Assembly (NCBI GenBank): GCA_000708835.1
Contig: DF237034.1
Coordinates: forward strand, 124,001 to 188,000
Direction of reading: 5' to 3'
Length of the DNA stretch: 64,000 bases
DNA from: Klebsormidium nitens
Taxonomy: Eukaryota > Plantae > Klebsormidiophyceae
Shown here piece after piece: positions 25,401-36,491 of this stretch. Each line of letters opens with the position of its first letter. Within the stretch, counting starts at the first letter, position 1. The notes beneath the pieces were generated by a model. The model saw nothing but the letters and a program-made list of their open reading frames with translations. It was not told the origin of the DNA and ran no database searches. Both the position numbers and the translations under genes were made by a program.

Positions 25401-28400
25401 CGCCGATGCAAGTTCAGAGGCACTGCTCGAGGGCTTCCCGTGAAATTCCCTTCTCAGAAAGGGATTTGTTCGGACTTTCTTCTGGAAACGTCTTGATGCA
25501 TTCGTGGTTTGGTCCCGCATCCCGCGTATCCGCGTCCCCGGCATTTTAGACGTGCTGACTTGGCGTGTCGCCCTTTGCGCACTGCAGGCGCTGCAGCTGC
25601 ATCTCCTGGGCGTGCACGGCCGCTTCGACTTCTTCTTCAAGGTAACTCCACCGTGCTGCCTTGTTTGACCATTCCTCTGGACACGAGCCACCTCAGGGAA
25701 CAGGCTGGCTCAGTTTCGACTACCGGGATTATTGACGCTCCTGGACCAGTCGCTCAGTAGCTTTTCGTATTTTCCTGCAGCACGTTGGTGGGCAACCTGC
25801 TATCCTTGTCCGGCCGTCCGAGGTAAGGGTTGATTCACAAGGGTGAACTTGCTTTCTTTGATGAGTGCTTTGCATTTATATGCAAAAAATCTGCGAGACT
25901 TCTTGGGGCTCCCACTCTTTGCCCATTGGAAAATGGGGCAGAGGAGACCAAGCTTCAACACCACGGCGCATGCCGTCGCCACTTTTCGCATCATACGGAT
26001 CATGTTTTCCCTCAATGTTGAGTTTTGCAGGCTGCGGCATCTCCGTCAAGAGGAGCCTCGCGCCTTGCCTCCCTTGATCCCGGCGCCGAGTTTGTCTACT
26101 GGTAAGCCACTACTCCGCAAAAGCCTTGGCTAAACGGGTTGCGTACAGAGATCCTTCACTTGGATCAACCATCGCAAGCAGAGCTTTCAGTACCAGCGTT
26201 GTATTGACCTTGGAGGCCTGTCCGATCTGCGCTGCACCGAACCCCGCCTTCAGTGCCGCTTGATACTGCATCCTCGGCTCCAGTCTTGCTGCATCTTGCG
26301 GTAGCTTGCTGAGAAAGGATCGACGTGTGGAGTCGATTTGTGCAATCCAAAGTGCTGTTAATCTCATCCATGTTTGACGGATTGCTCGACGAATTTTTGC
26401 TGCCCGTGTCAAACAACACAGCTCTCTGTTTGTAGGAAGCGCGACTGGCGCAGTCGGCGGGATGCGTTCTACACTCAGCTGCGAAGACAGGCAACGAAGC
26501 GGCGGGCACAGCAACAAACGCGGCCTGATACGGCGCCCCCTCGACAGAGCGAAGAAATCGGAGATGAGGAGGAGAGAAGGGCGAAGCGGCAGCGGAGCTC
26601 TCCCCTCGAACCTGAGGCACTGCGAGCGGGGAGCAATACGGAAGGACCGACAGGGGCAGCGACAACAATGCCGGGGCCCAGCAAAGAAAAGCACGGGCCT
26701 GGGGGGATGAATTTAAACGATACTACAGTGGAGCGGCCGACCGAAAAGGGGGTGTGTGGTCACGGGGAAACGGCGGAGGGGCGAGTGCAAGACGCGGGCG
26801 AAGAGCGGGCGCACTGCATGGAGGCCGCACGGCCGCCAGACACGCCGCCCCCGCAGGCAGAGCTGGCGGACCCGTGCCAGTCAGAGGGGCAGGATTTACC
26901 TCCCGCAGTCGATGCCAACGAACAGAACGAGGGGGGTGAGGCGAGGGCATGGCAACATCTGGGGGAGTCTTTGGAGCTGCAGCGGTGCGGGTCAGAGCCG
27001 GCGCCTGTTGGGAGGTCCGCCTCTGTCGGGCCGGCGTCGTCGGCAGGGGACTCGGGGGCGGCGCTTTTGCCGTGGACGATGCGGAGCGGGGAGCGGGGGA
27101 CAGCGGGCGGGGCCGCGGGGGGTAGTGGCAGGGGGGACACGAAGCTGGCGGTAGCCAAGAAGAAGGGGGGCAGCAAGGCGAGGCGGAAACCGATGGACCA
27201 CGACAGGTAGGGTGTGAAGCGGGCAGTCATTCTTCCTTGAAGGGAAAGAAGCTGACGACGGATGCGATTGTGATGTGCCATCAATTATCTGAAAAGGTGA
27301 TATCCCTCTATGCGTGAAACTCGGTGGCTTGACCAGATTACGAAGGGCGCGGATCATAGGATATGAGCAGCTCGGACAAGCGAAAAAGCAAATCGACGGC
27401 CCAGGTTTTGCAGTCGGCACATATGTAAGTTGGGCAAAGCGCCAGATGTGACGACCGGTGGAAGGGGTCAGACAAGGAAGGCCCCGATACCAGTTAGCCG
27501 ACAGCTCTGCGGTCCCTTCGCTCCAAGACTTCTGGAGATGGCCGCTTGGTATCATGCTGGCTCTCGTCAGATGCGCCCTGCTCTGCCCCACCCACCCTGC
27601 CTCACTGCTCCGTCTTCCGCGCAGAAACATGGAGAGCCTGACGAAGCGGACGTTTTACCATTCAAGGACGGGCATGGTAGGTGCAATCGAGCCTTTCGCG
27701 GCCCCAACCTTGCGTGCTGTGCTCGTGGATTCTCCAAGTCGCAAGCCCGTCGAGGTTTTGAGTTCCGCTTCTCGACCCAAAGCAAAGCGACCACGTGCTT
27801 TGTTGGGAGGACCGCTCCCTCCTAAGCTTTCCTTGAGACACAACAGCAGAGCCGTCTCCTGCCTGGATCAACCTCCAATCGCCCAGCAGTTGTCTTCAGT
27901 GCAGCGACACTATCGGTCACTTGGATGTACATGCATTCTTCTCACTCCGCTGAGCTGGCCGGTCCTCTTCGGCTGTTGCAGCCCATGGACCTGGACGACG
28001 TGCTGAGCGGGCTGGACAGCGAGGACGACCTCGACGAGGACGAGCTGCAGCACGACGACAAGCAGGTGCGCCTTCTTACCACTGGTCCAAAGCTCTTGTA
28101 ACAGCTGCGATTTAGAGCGTTGCAAAAGGACAAATGGTGGAAGATCTTCTGCTGTCGACTTTGTTGGTAATCATACTGTAGCGTCGATTCTCCTAAAGTG
28201 CACGCAGGTGTGCCCATCGGCTCCATCTTCCTCTCATGCGTTCGAGTACGGGCGGGTCGAGAGCAGCTTTGGCCCTGTTGCTCGCTCGGCTGCGAAGACA
28301 ACACGTCGCACGAAGCCTGCGCGCGGTTGGCGCACTAGCACACTCCACTGTGCCCGTATCCTGTGACACGTGGCCGGCTGTGTGCAGATGCTCGATGACT

Positions 28401-29185
28401 TCAGTGACGTCAGCACCGAAGAGAAGTTCTTGATGCACCAGTGGAACTGCTTCGCCCGCCAGCAGAGGTGCGCCGCCCCGCCGCCGCGCACCGAGCGCGC
28501 CGGTCACACTCGCTGACGTCATGCCAGCAGTGCTGGGCGGCTGCTTTGGTGATACCATCCAGGACTAAGTTGCAGCCACTTGACTGCATCACAGAGAAAC
28601 ATTCTCAATTGATAGCACTCAATACATGCTGAGCGTGTGCGGTTGTGGGCCGACGTCATCCGATGTCGGCTGACGTTGCGCCTGTCCTGCTGTGGCTCCA
28701 GGATTGCTGCAGATGCGCACATGCCGTGGGCGAGCCGCGCTTTTGCGGCAGTGCACAAGGGCACCATCGGCGGAGATCCGGGCCTCAGGAGGTGAGGCCC
28801 TCAGAACCGCGGATGCACCACGGCCCCCGCTGGCCTACGCCAGATTGTGCTGCATAGCATCGCGCTCTGTCAACGGAATCGTGTCCGCTTCTGTTGTGAT
28901 CGCTGTCAAAAAGCTCAATGTCTACATTCAAGATTACGTTGAACGGACTCTTTCTCTTGTTTGGTTGCATCAACGTAGGCCTCCTGTTAGCCTCCTCTTG
29001 TGGATCGGCTTAAAAGGAGGCGTGCGGAGGTTTGTGTCTGTACTCCTCTTGATGCTGCACTTGCTCCTCGGCTTGCACGCAGGGTATTCATGCTGATGCT
29101 CGTCAAGTTCTGGAACTGCGCACTGATCAGCGCAGAGGACGTCGACGACTGCCTCAAAGTGGTTGACTCGGCATGTGAAGGATAG
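22484..29185 (+). CDS. EMF2: Polycomb repressive complex 2 subunit, EMF2/VRN2/SUZ12 family (VEFS-box, C2H2 zinc finger)
   Basis: Exon 22484-22636 joins 22878.. to give LYQALEKRWRTN|PPFLHRTLSY (SUZ12/EMF2 N-terminal helix). C2H2 finger CGVC-x12-HLLGVH from exons 25294-25349 and 25588-25641. VEFS box from exons 27625-27676 (RTFYHSRTGM), 27982-28065 (PMDLDDVLSGLDSEDDLDED), 28388-28467 (MLDDFSDVSTEEKFLMHQWN), 28702-28791 (ADAHMPWASRAF) and 29083-29185 (KFWN..LI..*). Other exons: 23539-23686, 24049-24140, 24746-24870, 25062-25141, 25781-25822, 26031-26101, 26436-27206. The end of exon 2 (about 23200-23235) is uncertain. Confidence 0.9.
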
Positions 29186-30018
29186 TCTCCGATGTAACGC
29201 CTTACTCTGAGATCGAGCAGGGCGCCTGCTAAACTCTTGGCATGAAATGCCGGATATTATGCTCAACATGCTATGTTAAGAAAGCCCCTTTCTGCCATTA
29301 CCATCTGGGATTGCCACAGTGATTATGCACAAATTGGGCTACGTAGTATGAGTCCTAGTGAGACAGCAGCCAATTGATCCTTTCTACTCGGAAACGTATC
29401 CTTCCACAAGCCGCCGGGATGAAGACCGATGAACATAGAGAATTGTTCCGTCGATCCCCATGGTTGATGTGCTCGATCCCAGGACCTTTTACTGAGTCCG
29501 CGGAATCGCGGATCATGTTACTTCGATCTGTAAAATGGCGCGGCCTCAACTACGGTTGTTGCAATGCAAGGACGCGTGCAGTTAGTAGGACTTATTGTAA
29601 CCAATCTGTACTCCGCGCGGATATTCGGTACGCTTCAATTATGCAGACCAAGGACTGCCTCTTTCGACTCTAAAGTCGATTGCTTAATTTCAGAGTTCAA
29701 TAAGCTGCAGAACCCTATATATTTAATAATATGCAACGTACCGTGTCCATTGACTACAGCTATATGCCCATCTAACATGTCTGTGATTCTAACTTGAATC
29801 ATGTGGGCCACGTACAGAAATTTTGTTTATGTTAAGCGAATGCAACGCCAACATGTGCACATTATATCGCGACTCGATCAGATTCCAACTTGAAACCGTC
29901 ACGGTCCAAATCTAAGCGGGATATCCAGGGATCCCCCGTGCGGGCGCAAAGTCCAAGCTAGCCGCCGCCGCGGCGTCTGAAAGTTGCAGCGTCTTACAAA
30001 CCATAGAGGATCGGCGCC

Positions 30019-30533
30019 TCACCCAGTGCAGCGTGGGAACGGTCCAGCTTGGCCCGCATGTGCTTTCCGCCTCGTCCCGCGAAGGTTCTCCCAGCTTCTC
30101 GTAGTCAGCTGTCGCATGAGGCTCAGCCCACCGAAACCGTGGGTCACGAACCCGTGCTTGCCTGCGAGGAAAAGCCCGGTGCAGAGTCTGTTGCAAAACT
30201 GCAATTATAACTAGGATCCATCCACGACATGACCTTCGTAAGCAGAAAACAATATCAGTCGACTCGCCCAGCAACACATTGGCTTAGAAGCCAGTTTCAG
30301 AACTTCCCATATCCTTTGTCGGTCGGCGACAAAGAGAAGCTGAGCGCACAGACTTTCTGGTGGCGTACAATCCAGCATTCAAATGTGCAATCAATATCCT
30401 CGCAACCAAAGAGTTGACACCCCGTCCCTTACCGGCAAGGGCCGCCCTGGCGGGGATGCCGCAGCGCAGCGGCGCTAGGATGCGCGCCAGCTCGCCTGCG
30501 GGGCTGTCGTCTACGTGGAGCTCGAAGAAGCGG
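30019..30533 (-). CDS. Possible two-exon 3' fragment of an unannotated gene or pseudogene
   Basis: Exon 30533-30433 (RFFELHVDDSPAGELARILAPLRCGIPARAALA) with a GTAAGG donor joins in phase across a 271-nt intron (TTTTCCTCGCAG acceptor) to 30161-30019 (GKHGFVTHGFGGLSLMRQL..RCTG*). GC3-rich. No start exon was identified. Confidence 0.3.
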
Positions 30534-32405
30534 CTAAGAATTTAAGGCACGTGGTAGGGCCTTCCGCCCGCCGTACGTCTCAGGGGAAGGAGGTCACAAG
30601 CTGCAGCCAAGAGTTGCTAACCCAAGAATGAGCGTCAGAGCCTTAGTATCGTGAATGGCGTCGGACGGGCGCTTTGGTTCGGCGCACCTGATTCTGTTGT
30701 CACACTTGCTTGGTGCGATTGACTGTCGACCGGTGGCGATTGGCCGGCGAGGTAAAACGAAGCTAGCGCGTTCACTGAACGCTTCTGCTCGGTTGCAACA
30801 AAGTGCACCGCTATAGCTGTTTGCCTTCGAGACTTCTGACATTGATAAGAGCATCCCAATCTTCATATACCATGCATGTGAATGCTAGGGTTTCTGTAAC
30901 TGAAGAACTGAGGAGGGAGTCTACGATCGCAATAGCGCACATACTGAACGATGATGCTTTGTTGAGCAGTGCCTCTCAACGCAGTTCCTTGAATTGGGAT
31001 CAATCAGCAAATCCCACCGAAAGGCACGATGGAGACCGACACCAAGTAAGACGAAGGATTAGTCGAAGATCAATGCTCCTGGTCCATGCTCAAAGTTAAG
31101 TCACCACCTGCAATTTCAACGAGAAGTGCGCCCACTCCTCACACTTTCGGCGGTTGCGTCGCACCACCTGGTCCAAGCGAGAGCGTCTGCTCCGATGGTC
31201 CACCAAAGCGTCCGCGCTGACCACCCAGGGGGGGGAGAATTCTTGGCACGGCCACCGGTGGAATGTTGGTTTTGATTATCCCGACTGGCAAGTTCAAAGA
31301 TCGAGTGAAAGCTTATAACGTCTGCGCTGTCGACTCGATAATGGAGTGCCGAGCCCATGCAAGCCTGACGGGGGCAAAACTTCTGGCATGCGCATCGGCG
31401 CGGCAACAATCAGGATCGCGGTATCCCTGCCAGCTAGCATGCATTCTCCATCCGACCTAGTTGCTGAGTCAACGCTCAAGGTAGCTAAGTGCTTTAAAAG
31501 CTTATATCTAGTAGAGCGCCCGCAGCGCTGCATGGAAACGAAGGTCGGATCCTAAAAGTCCAGCCTTGTCGGCCGAATTTAATAATCATCAGATGCTCTA
31601 GGTGACCCGACCTGCGCTTACATATGTGGGCATATATTGCTACTCGCTTCCCCGGACTTTTTGCACCTCCATGGCCAGCCCTAGTCCAACTACGTTCAAT
31701 TATGTAGTAGACGATGTATTGCTCAGTGAGCACGCTTTGCGCTGGCAAAGCGATGCTACACCTACCGATGGTTTCTTGTCGTGCAACCCCTACGTGTTTG
31801 GTAGCAGCCTACACTGATGCGGTTCACCCTATAGTGACGAGGTCACATGCTTATGCGATCGCAAGTTGCCTTTCTATGTGTCACTACTACTGTGATCCGA
31901 CTTGTCCCCAACAAACGCAAAACGAAACTGTGATCAGGAGGCTTGCGGCGAGCGACGGCATGCCTCAGTCTCATTCTTCTAACCCGTCTATAAACCCTAT
32001 TCGACAGCTAATCTACTTGGCTCGAAACTACTGCGCAGACCATTCGCTCGTGTCACGCAATTTCTACAAAAACGTCACCTACTGGTGTACGTGACGTTAC
32101 TCTCAATAGCAACCCCAAGCCGCCCTTGCCTTTGTGCATCTAATCCTCAAGCGACTGTCTGTAACCAAGTTCGCAGGCTCTCGTCCTGTTCTTTTCCTAC
32201 TGCGGCGATGGCGATCGGCGCGGCGTCATGGGATGGCTGGCTTCTAACAGAGCGTCCGCCCGGCGGTCCGGCATGTCCATCAGTCTGAGCTCTGCACCGT
32301 CCAAGCACCCATTCGTTAATTTAAACTCGAGAAGGACAATCCAATCAACACGTCTACCGGAAGGCTGACCGTCTTGGCCTCAGATATGCAATCGTGCGCG
32401 AGTCC

Positions 32406-34653
32406 TTAAAAATCTCTTAACAATAAAGTCTTTTCTGAGCGCAAACAGACTGGCCTACCTTTCAGGCGAGGCTTCTCCTCCTGCTCGTCTTCGTCCCCAC
32501 TGTCCGTCCGCGCCCCCTCTTCCGCCTCTGCCACGTCAGCTTCCCCCACTTTCGTCGGGCTACACCTCTCCCCACCCTCCTCCCTTCCCGAGGGCCCCTC
32601 CTCCGCCGGGGGCGGCCCGCAGGGGCTCCCCAGACTGAGCGCCGCAAATGCGGAGGGCGTCGCCAGCACGTCCAGCCGCGGTTTCCTGAACCCGCGCTGC
32701 GGCTCCAGCTCCAAGGCCGCCATGTGCGACGTCGACGCGCTCTTGGGTAGGTGGGGGGGGCTCAACCGGATCCCTGGGTGGGCCGCAAAGGGGAGGAAGT
32801 GGGGGAACCCTGAGGGGGTGGGGCTGGGGTTCGACAGAACATAGGAGGCTGAGGCGCCGGCGGTGGCCTTGGCCATGGCGGTGGTCAGCTTCAGGTACTC
32901 GGCGATGACGTGCTCTCTCAGCTCCGCGCGGCGGGCGCTCCCGTCCGTCGGCTCGCCGCTCGAGTCGCTCTCCGAGGGCAGGGGGGGCGCCCCAAAGGAG
33001 GGCAGGAACTGCATCACCACCGACGCCAGGGCTGCGCTCTCCGGCTGACAGCGCAGCGCCTGGGGCCGGATGGGCTTTACAAAGTGTGCGCCGTTTGGGA
33101 GGTGTGCCCTACTCCAGGGAAAGCCCCGTGGGCTGGCAAGATCACCCGCGCTAGAGAAAGGCCTCCGGGTGGAGAATTCCGCCTCAGGGGAGGTAGACTG
33201 GCTTCGGGGGGGAAGAGATGCAAAGGAGGTAAGGAACCCGCTGTGGGGGGGGTGCCCCGAGGTGTGAGCATGGAACGGAGAGGGGGGGGGCAGGCCAGAA
33301 GAAGCCTCCTGGGGCGGGGAGGTGGAGTTTTGGAGCTCGCTGGGTGGAGGTGAGAAGATGTCGAAAGGAGCGTTTGGGCTGGCCACGTCATTGCCTGCGG
33401 GGGAGGCAAGGAAAGTGTCAGCGTTTATGTGAGGTACTACCTGGGCTAGGCCATGTTTGAACAACAGGGTATTCCTAACTTCCTGCTTCCAGTAGAATCC
33501 TACCAAATCAGCATATGACAATCACATTTTACCCCTGGCTCATTGGCCCCACCATTTGTGCCCCCCATCTACGCTCCTGGCGGCTCACTTTTTATCTTCT
33601 TGTGCAGGTTGCGGTCCCCCTCCCACTGCTGCGACACCCGCTTGGTAGACGGGGACCGGGCGGCCGCCCCTTTGCGCCCCTCCCTGCTGGCGCTCTCCGC
33701 CGCAGGGGGGGTGGCGCCTGGCAGGTCTCGCTGCGCCCCCGGCGCTTTGCGTGCTAGATACGAGTTCCAGTGGTTCTTGATGGCATTGTCCGTCCTGCAG
33801 GATGGGGGAAGGAGTGAGTGGAGGAGCAGGGGCTGGTGTTGTGCTTTTTCCACTGAACGTGCCCTATGATGTGAATGTGTCCAATCATATTTCTTGGCCC
33901 TTGAATGACACCTATGCAGAAAACCTGTAGGCCAAGAGAGGTGGCGGCAGGGCAAATGTCAAGGGCGCTCACCTCCCTGGGAGCTCCTTCGCAATGGCTG
34001 CCCACTTGTTGCCGTGTCGCTCATGTGCTGCCAGCAGGGCGCGGTCTTCATCTGGAGTGAACGGCTCCTTGCGCACCTCGGGGTTCAGTTGGTTGCACCA
34101 CCTGTAGATAGCCACAAGATATTGAGTGCACAACACGACAGAGTACAGAGGAATTCTCCCCTGCCCAATTCTTGTACAACTTGAAAGCGGGCAAGCCGGA
34201 AAGCTGTTGCAACAGCTCCAAAGATACTGAGCGCCCCTATGTCACCCGGAGCAAGCGATTCCCACCTCCTGGACCTCTCACCTGAGGCGGCAGCTCTTGT
34301 TCGACCTGCCGGCAATCTGCTTAGCAATCAGCGACCAGCTCTGGGCGCCGTGCTTCCGCACAAGCTCCACCAGCAGCCGGTCCTCCTGCATACGCAGCCA
34401 AAGAAACTCTCTCAAGCCTCCATTCTCAGCATTGAGGCCCCTCCGGCAGGGGTTTAGCTGCAATAACAAGAAGTCATTGCACATGAAAGAACAGGGAATC
34501 TGTTGTGAGTCCTCTAGCTGAGGTCAGGGCGCTTGCAATTCCCACCTCAGGGGACCATGAGCTCTTGGGTGTCTTGACGCCAGCGGTGGGAGAGTTGGGC
34601 CCCAGGGTCGCCGGCGAGTATGATACACCCAGATCACATGATGTGGCACGCAT
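32406..34653 (-). CDS. R2R3-MYB transcription factor
   Basis: Exons 34653-34546 (..KSSWSPE), 34385-34282 (EDRLLVELVRKHGAQSWSLIAKQIAGRSNKSCRLR), 34101-33973 (WCNQLNPEVRKEPFTPDED..HGNKWAAIAKELPG), 33794-33589 (RTDNAIKNHWNSYL..) and 33394-32406 (Pro/Ser-rich C-terminus) are phase-consistent. The KSCRLRWCNQL pattern resembles the subgroup 22/23-like MYBs. Confidence 0.93.
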
Positions 34654-36491
34654 TGTGGCCAGCGGTCTGTGATCCAACGCTAGCTCTGCTCGCAGCTTAC
34701 GTGCTGCCAGGGGCTGTAGAGGTGGCGCCCGCTCTGGCCTTCCATTCGTCCTAAAGCCTGTCAGACTCAATGCCTCGGCTCAATTGAGCTGGCAAGCAAG
34801 AGGAACTTCTCCTCAGGTCAGATCCTCAAGGCGAGACTTCAATTGCGCTACGGAAGAAAGTTGTGCGCCACCTTGTGCTTCAAAGGCCTCCACACCCAGC
34901 TCAGAGGGATTCGAGATGTCTAGGGACTGGGTTGACTGCCTTTCAAGCCTTCTCTGGTATTGAATGTCGTCCGCAGGCTTTTCCAATCCAATAACAGGAC
35001 CTTTCGACATGTGCAATCACTTGTGTTAAGGAGACCGCTTTGAGCAGCCCTTGCTGCCTGCAGCTGACGTGACAATGATCAAAGTCTGCTCCCCGTCTGT
35101 TCCTGGTTCTGCTTTCCCCTTGACAATCCGGGATCCCTGACGCCAACGGCCTGCAGGACACTCAGTCGGCTGGCACGGCTGCCCAGAAGCAGGCCGGTTC
35201 CCGGCGGCCTCAACTTCAAGTTTGAGCAGCTCAGGCGGCAGCCTGTTGTCCAGCTAGGATTAGAAAGCAGATTCATGCAGCTGAGCACTTCCTTTCGCGT
35301 CACCGGCAGGCTGGTCTCCATGGATGCTGATGGCCCATGGGATGCCAGAGTGTGCCAGCGACGGAGCCCAGCCTGCTGCCCAGGCCCAGGGCTCGCACAC
35401 GGTACCCAAGTAGGTACCGGTATGAAGGCAGGTACGGTGCCCGGTCTTAGCTGAGTGTCATGTCGACCTGTACATCATGCAGGTCGGAGGGGTACCAATA
35501 TTCAGAACTCCCAGTCCGACTGAAGTTGGACTGAGCACGTGGCCCATGAACTACAACATCGACGGTTTGAATAGCAAGAGAAGACTTTTGGGGATATCTG
35601 AACCTTTGGAGCCCGAAAGTACGCGCGCGTCGTGACAACTGCTTTTCCAAGGTTGTTTGTTATGTCAGAGACCATGTCTGATGTCAGACCTCTGACAGAT
35701 CAACCTTGCATGAGTTGAATGATTGAAAACCCTTCGGAACCTCTCGGAAAGTTGGCAAGCGTCACGCGGGTACTGACCTCGCGGCCGCGATTTACCGCAG
35801 TGGCTTGGGGGCCGCCCATCAGTCAGACTCACACCCTATGCGATAGATGCAGTGTAGTAATTCTTCATCTAGCTGTTTGTATCAGTTTGATTGCTTCTTG
35901 GCATGCCGTGGCGCCTGCATGGTGGAGACCGAGCCTAGTCCAACCATCATAGAGCTCCGCGCTGGATTCAAAACAGTGTGAGCGAGGTGGCGCCGATTGT
36001 GGGAACGTTGACGACATACTATCTGTCTGGTAATTGCCTGCCTGCCATTGATTGTTTGGATGAGGGGTATGATCATGCTGACCATTTCTCAGTAGGCACT
36101 CTGATGCTTCAGGCTGATCTCGTTGCTCCACGGGGTAACATAGTGACTTCAGGATTGGATGTAGTATGCTCAGACACTCTGGTAAATGTGATTCTTATTT
36201 GTGTGTGAGGAGAGTGATTGAAAGTTGCTGACTTTTTTGGATCTACACTAGCTCTCATGCAAAGGTACTCTGATACAGTCATGGCGATATAGTGGGTCAA
36301 CATTTTTGAGTGATCTTCTTCAGCAAAGCTGAGTTGCTTCTGAATCTACGAAGGGAAGCAGGAGGATTTAAGGAGGAGTGCTGACCTGCTGTTCCCAAGT
36401 TCTTCAATTTCCACAGTGACTCTGCACAATGGAGTGATCAGCTACACCACCCTGCCAACGCAGTTCCCTGCTCTCTCAGGTGTCTGCCGCC

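Noticed and set aside
34813-35321. Minus-strand ORFs upstream of MYB as uORFs or an extra MYB repeat
   Set aside because: No Trp-repeat pattern and no convincing in-phase splice link to the MYB exon; the transcription start is unknown.
35682-35790. Hairpin TGTCAGA-CC-TCTGACA and palindrome TCGCGGCCGCGA in the MYB/SUN spacer as MITE ends
   Set aside because: Short arms, with no paired terminal inverted repeats or target-site duplication found; at most these are promoter elements.
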